Assembly (NCBI RefSeq): GCF_022045235.1
Contig: NW_027266275.1
Location: 73,718,001 to 73,782,000, forward strand
Source: Haliotis cracherodii
Taxonomy: Eukaryota
DNA length: 64,000 bases
Direction of reading: 5' to 3'
The translations under genes and the position numbers were made by a program. The notes beneath the pieces were generated by a model. It did no database searches, was not told where the DNA came from, and saw nothing but the letters and a program-made list of their open reading frames with translations. Of this stretch, positions 24,456-35,900 are shown one piece after another. Positions within the stretch are counted from its first letter, which is position 1. Each line of letters begins with the position of its first letter.

Positions 24456-25771
24456 ACGCGTCGCAATATTCACTTGGTTGTGGACAAACCGTGTGACATT
24501 CTTGTATCCTTCCATGGTGATATGCAGTGGTTTAAGTTGCTTCGATATTGTCATCAACAACTGCTGTTGTATCTCCACGTGAACAGTTTTAATGTAATAC
24601 AAACAATGTCAACGTCGTTAATTGTGTTCAAGAAACAATATGCAAATTTTGATAGCGTTCCCATAACCTTATAGTTGTCTACGCCCAGTTACGTAAGGAG
24701 GGCATTGTCTTGTGCAGAGTGTGTAGACTCATCCCCTGCTGTCGACGCCGCTCGCCTGGTTCTCTCCGCAGTGTCAATCACGTTGTTCAAGGTCACGTGG
24801 ACCTGGACTTTTCGTTACAACTGATTATGAAAGATTATGTCACAGGTGCCTTAACGACACAAATTCCTTTATACCTGTGTAAGACATTGTTACAGATTTT
24901 CTTGCAGTTTGTAATAGGCCAGTTCAATGATGTAACCCACGGGTCGCAGACACGAACCCCGTATTACTTGAAACCATGTCCCTGTGTATAATTTTATAAC
25001 AAGCATCGCAATCCAGAACCCATGTATGACGATATAACACGTGTACGAGTATATCCATAGTTTATAACACGTAAAGCAGCCCTATACTTATCTATGACGT
25101 AATAACAATTACAAGTCCAGCACCCATATTTAACGGTATCTTGAACTACAGTTCTATGACATTGTATTACCCGCAAGAGAATTCCTTTACAAAAAAAGTG
25201 CAAAGTAAACATATACAAGTAAAGATGTACATCAATACTCATACTGAGCTAAATATAATAAACAAGTAAACAACACTGTAAACAACAACATGAAATGTTA
25301 TAACACGTATGACAGACATACTCCTATACAAGGTGATAACGAGGAACACTTACAAGCAGATATATAATATCATATAACCTTTATATTGCATATCCATATG
25401 CTAGCATGTCGGCCTACTTTGAGCTTCTGACTAGTATACAGCATATGAAACATGGAGAATTTCGTAATATGAGTACACTGTGACACTGCGGCTTGGAACC
25501 AGGTGGCGGTCGCTCTCCGGTAGATGTTTTATGTCTGACAACAGAGTGTACTGGTTCGCCCTATATAGATGATATTCTTACAAGTTGGATGGAATTTGTT
25601 GCTATGTTTACGAAAATAATTTATTGATTGAATAAATGTTTGAAATAATATTGACTATTATAAAGGAATAAACTTCCAGTCCGGTTATGTTGCTTGTTCT
25701 TATTCCTCATTTTCACAGCAATAAAGTCAGAATCGGGATGACATGTGACCAATGCCCTGTCTCGCCAAAAA

Positions 25772-26252
25772 TATAAGGTAAAACAGGTGCACAGTAGACT
25801 TATCTCACCTGGAATATAGAGTAAAACAGGTGCACTGTACGCTTATCTCACCGGCAATAGAGAGTTAAACAGGTGCACAGTACGCTTATCTCACCTGGAA
25901 TATAGAGTAAAACAGGTGCAGAGTATATTTATCTCACTTGGAATAAGAGTAAAACAGGTGCACAGTACAGTTATCTCACCTGGAATATAGAGTAAAGCAG
26001 GTGCACAGTACATTTATCTCACCTGGAATATAGAGTAAAACAGGTGTACGGTACATTTATCTCACCTGGAATAAAGAGTAAAACAGGTGCACAGTATATT
26101 TATCTCACCTGGAATATAGAGTAAAACAGGTGCACAGTACATATATCTCACCTGGAATATAGAGTAAAACAGGTGCAGAGTACATTTATCTCACCTGGAA
26201 TATAGAGTAAAACAGGTGCACATTACATTTATCTCACCTGGAATATAGAGTA
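25772..26252 (+). repeat. 43-bp minisatellite, ~11 copies
   Basis: Unit tatagagtaaaacaggtgcacagtacatttatctcacctggaa. Confidence 0.95.
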
Positions 26253-26441
26253 ATGAAGGTAAAGCACATAGAATACCAGGAATAAAACGATTGCAGTCTT
26301 GAAGCGGGTCAATAGAACATCTTCGCTTGGAGCTCATAGAACCCCAAACTACGAAGGTAAAGTCGGTTCATAACACCTCATATCGTGGATAGGGCAGAAC
26401 AGTGCGGAACTACGACCCAAGGCAATATATAGTTATATTTA

Positions 26442-26650
26442 TCACGATGAGGATTTACAGATCAGAATCATTATGGTGTAGTTATTTGACGTAAGCAATT
26501 TTATATTAACTGGTTTTGGTAAAGTATGGAAATATGTTTCCAGTGCAATGTTATCTTCTACGACTTTAAAAAATCTTGTTTTGCCAGAATTCTGAGATAC
26601 TGGAATTCCAGTTTTAAATAAAAGTATCTTCAAGGCGTGTCCACAATAAG
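26442..26650 (-). mobile_element. Old LINE ORF2 C-terminal fragment
   Basis: KILLFKTG..KTRFFKVVEDNIALETYFHTLPKPVNIKLL resembles the C-terminus of the LINE at 32273-32953. Confidence 0.4.
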
Positions 26651-27492
26651 GAGTTTGCAGAGGATTAACATGTATACGGAAGTCTTGATTGGTATACTGT
26701 TGATGACAGGTTATGTGTAGACAACCAACTCATAATACTCACTCAACAAAAAGGAGAACGAACATCTTTCATGTGTATCCACAACATTGCACCTCCTTTA
26801 TCCAAACCGAAGGACCAACGGGTCGTTGACACTGCTGACAAGCAGTTTAATGAAGCGCTCGTACAATTCTACAAACGCCACTATTAGTTGGGTAGGAAGA
26901 AGGGGGTATTGTGCACCCCCCGGAAATCAATTTCTAATTGGTGTTTCTAAACTGGAAAAATGTCATAGAAAACGATTTGCTATGTTAAAAAGTTGTCAAA
27001 ATGTCCCACGTACCATTTTTATGCAAATTAGTCGCCATTACTGGAAAATGCATATTTCGTCATATCTCAGCCCATAGTGCAGATAGCTCAATACTTAAGG
27101 TGTCTAAACCCATGTTTTGAGGGTCTAAGAGCGTTATAAAACTATTCTTGAAATGATCAGATGTGTTATTATGCAAATTATTGCAGCCGTTAGTGAAAAC
27201 TCTATTTTTCGCCATATCTTGGCCAATATCAATGATAACTGCAGACATAGAGCGTATGGACCTATGTTCTGAAGGTCAAGGAATATAAAAACATAAATAC
27301 ATGTATATATATTTTAAAACAAATTTATTTTCAGATGGTTCAAGAACACAATAACACTATAACACAATAACACTATAAGTGTCCTAGTACATGTAGAATG
27401 TATGCTAGCATGTCCAAGCATGCTAAGTATGCAACAGAACAGCTAGGACTGGGCCATACAATTCTGTAAGTTACAGTCAAATTCTTTACTCA

Positions 27493-28797
27493 TCACTCAT
27501 CATCACTTTCATCTAAACTGTCAAACTCATCATTTTCATCGTCATCTTCATCAACAACATGTTCATCTCCTTCCCGATCACCAGCATCCAGGAGATCAAC
27601 CAGCGAGGTTGGTAGGACAGGACCATTTGACCACATTGGTTCCAGGACTCCTTGGTCAGTTCTCATCCACCCCTGCTGCTCCTCGTAAGGCTTGGGTTTC
27701 TCCACAAAAGGTTGGTCAGCTCGCTTGTACAAAGCAACCCGATGGTTCACACGCTGAATGTGTGGCTCCAAAGCAGATTGGCATGGGGGAAGGCGAGCTA
27801 GGTCGACCTTAGACTTGGAAGTGAGTTTCTTGTCCTCTCCCACCATTTTGCGGAGCAGCTTGACACGGACGGCGTTCACAGAAGACTCACGACACTGTCC
27901 GTACATCAGACATGTGAACTGCTCTAGCTGCTTCATCACCTGAGGCTTGACGTTCCAGTCGTCACCCAGTTGCCTGAAGGCCTTGTGGAACCTAGGATTC
28001 TTTTCCAGCTTTTTCAGTGGCCCAACCTTTCCCTTGCCTTTAAAGGAACTTGTGCAATCCTCTCCACTGAAGACATAGTAGGCAAGGAGAGTTGCACAGT
28101 AGTCTTCTCCTAGAGACTCAGCAAGGTCAGATACGTTGACAAGCTGTCTGTGCTTCCCCGATCCTGTGTCCAGGTACACAGTCAACTTGATTGAATGGGC
28201 ATGATGCAGTACAATCACAAAGATGTCTGTATCTGGGGTTCTGACCACAGCGTCTTTGTATCCTAGTGCAGCGGCATGATGAAGGTACAATACCACCCTT
28301 GTATCGGTCTCTTCCTGGTTGCTGTAGATTGAGGGGAGGTCCCGCACCTCCACCTGGAACAAAGAGGCACTGTATTTAATTATTTTGATAGGAACACTTA
28401 AATTGACTTGACGTTTACAAAATATTACGGAAGTAGACTAGTAATTGAATACCATCTTACCTCGCCATCCGTTATAACAAGTTGATGGGCTCTACCTTCC
28501 ACAATGAGGACTGCCATCTTTGTTCTCTCCAGTCTAGAAGCGGCCTGTTTATCACTCCATACGCGCAACAAGAGCTGACATAGATGCTTCTTGTTGTCGT
28601 CGTTTGCAAGGAAGCTCTTGAAGTCGTATGGCTTTCTGGTCGCTGGTCCAGCTAGAATGATCTTTTCTGAGCTGCCGCGCCTCAGCCTCTCTTGGGCTTT
28701 GATAGATCCGGGATGATAACTGTCAGTCGAGAACAAAAAGTGCTTCTTGGCTACCATCTGATCGAGGATTTGTAGGCATATCTCACCACAGGTTGGG
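27493..28797 (-). CDS. Mirror copy of the AcademX nuclease region on the left arm (exons 28797-28461 and 28353-27493), lacking the spacer-encoded N-terminal part
   Basis: ORFs 28425..28757 and 27493..28362 are identical to the + strand copies. Confidence 0.7.
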
Positions 28798-28798
28798 C

Positions 28799-30189
28799 GC
28801 CATCCCAGAAGATCTGCCCTACCCCAAGGACGCTCTGTTCATACAGGATGGCATGGCACTGCTCCATACCATTACCAACCTTCCCCCAACCTGTGGTGAG
28901 ATATGCCTACAAATCCTCGATCAGATGGTAGCCAAGAAGCACTTTTTGTTCTCGACTGACAGTTATCATCCCGGATCTATCAAAGCCCAAGAGAGGCTGA
29001 GGCGCGGCAGCTCAGAAAAGATCATTCTAGCTGGACCAGCGACCAGAAAGCCATACGACTTCAAGAGCTTCCTTGCAAACGACGACAACAAGAAGCATCT
29101 ATGTCAGCTCTTGTTGCGCGTATGGAGTGATAAACAGGCCGCTTCTAGACTGGAGAGAACAAAGATGGCAGTCCTCATTGTGGAAGGTAGAGCCCATCAA
29201 CTTGTTATAACGGATGGCGAGGTAAGATGGTATTCAATTACTAGTCTACTTCCGTAATATTTTGTAAACGTCAAGTCAATTTAAGTGTTCCTATCAAAAT
29301 AATTAAATACAGTGCCTCTTTGTTCCAGGTGGAGGTGCGGGACCTCCCCTCAATCTACAGCAACCAGGAAGAGACCGATACAAGGGTGGTATTGTACCTT
29401 CATCATGCCGCTGCACTAGGATACAAAGACGCTGTGGTCAGAACCCCAGATACAGACATCTTTGTGATTGTACTGCATCATGCCCATTCAATCAAGTTGA
29501 CTGTGTACCTGGACACAGGATCGGGGAAGCACAGACAGCTTGTCAACGTATCTGACCTTGCTGAGTCTCTAGGAGAAGACTACTGTGCAACTCTCCTTGC
29601 CTACTATGTCTTCAGTGGAGAGGATTGCACAAGTTCCTTTAAAGGCAAGGGAAAGGTTGGGCCACTGAAAAAGCTGGAAAAGAATCCTAGGTTCCACAAG
29701 GCCTTCAGGCAACTGGGTGACGACTGGAACGTCAAGCCTCAGGTGATGAAGCAGCTAGAGCAGTTCACATGTCTGATGTACGGACAGTGTCGTGAGTCTT
29801 CTGTGAACGCCGTCCGTGTCAAGCTGCTCCGCAAAATGGTGGGAGAGGACAAGAAACTCACTTCCAAGTCTAAGGTCGACCTAGCTCGCCTTCCCCCATG
29901 CCAATCTGCTTTGGAGCCACACATTCAGCGTGTGAACCATCGGGTTGCTTTGTACAAGCGAGCTGACCAACCTTTTGTGGAGAAACCCAAGCCTTACGAG
30001 GAGCAGCAGGGGTGGATGAGAACTGACCAAGGAGTCCTGGAACCAATGTGGTCAAATGGTCCTGTCCTACCAACCTCGCTGGTTGATCTCCTGGATGCTG
30101 GTGATCGGGAAGGAGATGAACATGTTGTTGATGAAGATGACGATGAAAATGATGAGTTTGACAGTTTAGATGAAAGTGATGATGAGTGA
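28799..30189 (+). CDS. 5'-truncated AcademX protein, XPG/FEN1-type PIN nuclease region; exons 28799-29221 and 29329-30189, 107-nt phase-0 intron
   Basis: Motifs FIQDG, STDSY, SIKAQERLRR, QEETDTR, RTPDTD, H3TH-like FSGEDCTSSFKGKGK, LPPC..L..HI.R, GW. Intron gtaaga (29222)..ttccag (29328). No stops or frameshifts; first in-frame ATG at 28853 would give 409 aa. Expression unknown. Confidence 0.75.
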
Positions 30190-32173
30190 TGAGTAAAGAA
30201 TTTGACTGTAACTTACAGAATTGTATGGCCCAGTCCTAGCTGTTCTGTTGCATACTTAGCATGCTTGGACATGCTAGCATACATTCTACATGTACTAGGA
30301 CACTTATAGTGTTATTGTGTTATAGTGTTATTGTGTTCTTGAACCATCTGAAAATAAATTTGTTTTAAAATATATATACATGTATTTATGTTTTTATATT
30401 CCTTGACCTTCAGAACATAGGTCCATACGCTCTATGTCTGCAGTTATCATTGATATTGGCCAAGATATGGCGAAAAATAGAGTTTTCACTAACGGCTGCA
30501 ATAATTTGCATAATAACACATCTGATCATTTCAAGAATAGTTTTATAACGCTCTTAGACCCTCAAAACATGGGTTTAGACACCTTAAGTATTGAGCTATC
30601 TGCACTATGGGCTGAGATATGACGAAATATGCATTTTCCAGTAATGGCGACTAATTTGCATAAAAATGGTACGTGGGACATTTTGACAACTTTTTAACAT
30701 AGCAAATCGTTTTCTATGACATTTTTCCAGTTTAGAAACACCAATTAGAAATTGATTTCCGGGGGATGCACAATACCCCCTTCTTCCTACCCAACTATAT
30801 TGTCTGTCAACCATCACACAACCCGGTTTTTCACAATTCTTTTCCATGCATTTGCAGGTTTTTAACGCTTATCAGGGGAAACAATTTTGAATAAAGTCCT
30901 TCCAGATATGCTTGTTGCATGCAATGTTCTCTTTGTGAAATAACAAAGAGATATCAAGGGTTTTCTCCTTTTGAGTCACGTTTAAAAAGAGAAAATACCT
31001 AAAGAATAATATCACGTTATCCATGGCAACATGTAACACATTACACAAGATTTCTCGCCTATACCAATACCGTTGGTAAAACAAGATGTGGGGTGACCTA
31101 GGATCATGCATGCTGCAAACATGTTTGACACACATTATCATTGTCAAAGGCCACAAAATAACATGAAAACAATAAAGAAAGTATTTTTATTCGGGCATTA
31201 CATTTTAAAAAAAACTGATATTTTTAATCAGGTCAATGATTATTGTACGACAATAACCAACATTCGTCACAAATGACACACACGAGTTTATTTACTGTGT
31301 GTATTTGTGAAACCTAGTTAACCAGACACATTTCAGGTGAACAGGCAAGTCTAGTCATTTCTAAGGCTCAAGTACACCAAGTTTAAAATACATACCAGGA
31401 AGGAAACACAAGAGAACAACATACACTACCGGGCAAAAGAAAGTATACCCACCCCCATGCTTGATGGCTAAAATTGAAAGGAACAGGAAATAGTTACTCG
31501 ATCCCGTATCACAGTTGTGTTTTGGACCTTGGGTTGGCAGTGCAGCAGTGGCTGTGTTCAGCCTAGTAACGTTTTGATAACGTTTGTACGTTTTGGGTCA
31601 AATGCAGTTTTCAAGTGTATGCGTGTACTTTATTTTGTCCAGCAGTTTACTACACAGGGAAGAATCGTTTATAGGGGGAAGCGATGTCACGCGCAGCTGA
31701 TCAGGTCGCACAGAAATCTGACAAATGTCTAGATTTGCTACACAATTATCAATATTTCAAGATGAAATGAATAGTTTGTTCGGAAATATGACCAAAATGA
31801 ATAGTTTGTTCGGAAATATGCCTAAAATGAATAGTTTGTTGTCAGTACTAAAAATACGATGACTTTGTTTTTGTGAAAAATACCGAAACGTTAAACATTG
31901 TGTGTTAATAGTGAATGAATAGATTGTTTGATGGTGCTCAGTAAATAAATAGTTTGTTGGATACAGCTGAGGAATAAATAAAAAATAAATCGTCCTTTCA
32001 GGTATTCCCCACTTTCGCATTACTCATTACGCCTTAGCACTACGAATCACGCACTACGCATAACGGGCACTTGGAAACATATCTTTAAATCAAGTGAAAA
32101 GTATTCTATGTGCACCGCGGACTTTTCATCACCGACTATACACATCGAGGACTACGCATTGCGGACAACACAT

Positions 32174-32175
<2 letters not shown>

Positions 32176-32215
<40 letters not shown>

Positions 32216-32953
32216 GTTTATTCAGTAAGAAGGCCATAGGCCCATAATAAAGACAATGGTTGATTGCATGAACTACGCGTGCCAAGGAAGTAGTCTATTT
32301 AAATATACACATGTGTTATATACAACATCAAAGTTTCTTGATGAAATAATTTCAGTAAAAGATATCACAGTTTGAAACTTGATATACAGTTTAAGATACA
32401 TATTTCTTAGGGCTGAATAACGCTCACATACAAGTAAAACATGAAATTCATCTTCAATAAAAGATATACCATTTTCTATACAATATTTACATAATCGTTT
32501 AGTGTATTGGACATTTGTGTATCTCCCCAAGTCATTTGCAAGTTTAAACTTGCTACATCTGAAATGAGTCATACATATTCTCAGATGTACTGGTATGGGG
32601 AGTGTAAGATATTTTTCTACATTTAACAGGCATATAAAATGTTTATAATAAAAGGTATCAGATATACTATTAATAGAACTACACCATGATTGTTGAAGGT
32701 TATCAAATAATTTTTGCTTAAAAAGATGAATAAACATCTTCACATTGCCAACATCTTGTGTTAACCATACATATCCAAAACCTAATTTAAACAAAATATT
32801 CTTAATGTGAGTAGCCCATGTGGTGCGACCAGAATGGTCCAGTGATTTGAGCATTAAATAACATCGGCGAGGCAGTCTGTGCTCGTCCAAATACTTGATG
32901 GCCCTTGTGGTATACACAAGTTGGAGAGGGGCTCTTACGCACTCTCCTAAAAC
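32176..32953 (-). mobile_element. 5'-truncated non-LTR retrotransposon (RTE-X-like ORF2 C-terminus with CCHC zinc knuckle), (CTGT)n tail, 14-bp TSD
   Basis: ORF 32273..32965: WATHIKNILFKLGFGYVW, FRCS, RLCKYC..IEDEFHVLLVC. Minus-strand AATAAA then microsatellite tail. TSD cggacaacacatta at 32162-32175 and 32954-32967. Clade assignment tentative. Confidence 0.88.
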
Positions 32954-32967
32954 CGGACAACACATTA

Positions 32968-35900
32968 CAGACTATACATATCGCGGACTACGCTTTGCGG
33001 ACTACGCATCACAGACTATACACATCGCGGACTACGCATCACAGACTATACAAATCGCGGACTACGCATTGCGGACTACGCATCACAGACTATACACATC
33101 TTGGACTACGCATTACAGACTATACACATCGCTGACTACGCATCACAGACTATACACATCGTGGACTACGCATCACAGACTATACACATCGTGGACTACG
33201 CATCACAGGCTATACACATCGCTGATTACGCATCACAGATATACACATCGCGGACTACGCATCACGGACTATACACATAGCGGACTACTGATCTCAGACT
33301 ATACACATTGCGGTCTACGCATCACAGGCTATACACATCGCTGATTACGCATCACAGACTATACACATCGCGGACTACGCATCACAGACGATACACATCG
33401 CGGACTACGCATCACAGATATACATATCGTGGACTAATGATCACAGACTATACACATTGCGGACTACTGATCACAGACTATACACATCGCTAATTACGCA
33501 TCACAGACTATACACATCGCGGACTCCGCATCACAGACTACACACATCGCGGACTACACATCACGGACTTCGCATCACAGACTATACATTTCGCGGACTA
33601 CACATCACAGACTACGCATCACAGACTATGCACATCGCGGACTATGCATCACAGACTATATACATCGCGGACTACGTATCACAGACTATACATCGCGGAC
33701 TACACATTACAGACTATACACAAAGCGGACTATTGATCACAGACTATACACATTGAGGTCTGCGCATCACAGACTATACACATCGCTGATTACGCATCAC
33801 AGACTTTATACATCGCGGTCTACGCATCACAGACTATACACATCGCTGATTACGCATCACAGATTATACACATCGCGGACTACACATCGCGGAGTATGCA
33901 TTACAGACTATACATCTCGCGGACTATGCATGACAAACTATACACATCGCGAACTACGCTTCAGAGACTATACACATCGTAGACTACGCATCACAGACTA
34001 TACACAAAGCGGACTACTGATCACAGACTATACACATTGAGGTCTGCGCATCACAGACAATACACATCTCTGACTACGCATCACAGACTTTACACATCGC
34101 GGTCTACGCATCACAGACTATACATATCGCTGATTACGCATCAGACACTATACACATCGCGGACTCCGCATCTAAGATTATACACATCGCGGACTACACA
34201 TCGCGGACTATACATTACAGACTATACATTTCACGGACTATGCATTACAGACTATACACATCGTGGACTACGCATCACAGACTATACACATTGAGGACTA
34301 CGCATTACAGACTATACACATCGCGGACTACTGAACACAGACTATACACATCGTGGACTACGCATCACAGACTATACACATTGCGGTCTACGCATCACAG
34401 GCTATACACATCGCTGATTACGCATCACAGAGTATACACATCCTGGACTACGCATCACAGACTATACACATCGCGGACTACTGATCTAAGACTATATACA
34501 TTGCGGGCTACGCATCACAGACGTTACACATCGCGGACTACGAATCACAGATATACACATCGCGGACTACTGATCACAGACTATACACATCGCGAACTAC
34601 TGATCACAGACTACACACATTGCGGACTACTGATCACAGACTATACACATCGCTGACTACGCATCACAGACTATACATATAGCGGACTACGCATCAGAGA
34701 CTATACACATCGTGGACTACGCATCACAGATATACACATCGCGGACTACGCATCACAGACTATACACATAGCGGACTACTGATCTCAGACTATACACATT
34801 GCGGTCTACGCATCACAGGCTATACACATCGTTGATTACGCATCACAGACTATACACATCGCGGACTACGCATCACAGACGATACACATCGCGGACTACG
34901 CATCACAGATATACATATCGCGGACTACTGATCACAGACTATACACATTGCGGACTACTGATCACAGACTACACACATTGCGGACTACTTATCACAGACT
35001 ATACACATCGCTAATTACGCATCAGAGACTATACACATCGCGGACTCCGCATCACAGACTATACACATCGCGGACTACACATCACGGATATTGCATCACA
35101 TACTATACACATCGCGGACTATGCATCACAGACTATACATTTCGCGGACTACACATCACAGACTACGCATCACAGACTATGCACATCGCGGACTATGCAT
35201 CACAGACTATATACATCGCGGACTACGTATCACAAACTATACACATTGCGAACTACTGATCACAGGCTACACACATTGAGGTCTGCGCATCACAGACTAT
35301 ACACATCGCTGATTACGCATCACAGACTTTGCACATCGCGGTCTACGCATCACAGACTATACATATCGCTGATTACGCATCACAGACTATACACATCGCT
35401 GATTACGCATCACAGATTATACACATCGCGGACTACACATCGCGGACTATGCATTACAGACTATACATTTCGCCGACTACGCATCACAGACTATGCACAT
35501 CGCGGACAACGCATCACAGACTATACACATTGAGGACTACGCATTACAGACTATACACATCGCGGACTACTGAACACAGACTATACACATCGTGGACTAC
35601 GCATCACAGACTATACACATTGCGGTCTACGCATCACAGGCTATACACATCGCTGATTACGCATCACAGAGTATACACATCCTGGACTACGCATCACAGA
35701 CTATACACATCGCGGACTACTGATCTAAGACTATATACATTGCGGGCTACGCATCACAGACGTTACACATCGCGGACTACGAATCACAGATATACACATC
35801 GCGGACTACTGATCACAGACTATACACATCGCTGATTACGCATCACAGACTACACACATTGCGGACTACTGATCACAGACTATACACATCGCTGACTACG

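Larger units (their letters stand above)
26885..30797. mobile_element. Palindromic (fold-back) non-autonomous AcademX-derived DNA transposon, 3,913 bp
   Basis: Arms 26885-28797 and 28885-30797 are reverse complements (mirror coordinates sum to 57682; mirrored ORFs identical). Termini 5'-TAG..CTA-3', 3-bp TSD TAT (26882-26884, 30798-30800) and an XPG-like ORF all match Academ hallmarks. Confidence 0.9.

Noticed and set aside
27493-30189. Two divergently transcribed host nuclease genes with a bidirectional promoter
   Set aside because: The 87-bp spacer is coding sequence continuous with the + arm, and both ORFs are 5'-truncated transposon sequence.
26885-30797. Palindrome as a pure sequencing or assembly fold-back artefact
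   Set aside because: The mirror stops exactly at Academ-type TAG/CTA termini, is bracketed by a 3-bp TSD, has unrelated unique flanks and at least one arm mismatch. Provisionally rejected pending read-level confirmation.
26670-30890. A ~95-codon + strand frame re-formed when the Academ element and one TSD are removed
   Set aside because: No recognisable domain or splice context, and nearby sequence looks like decayed LINE on the - strand; probably chance.
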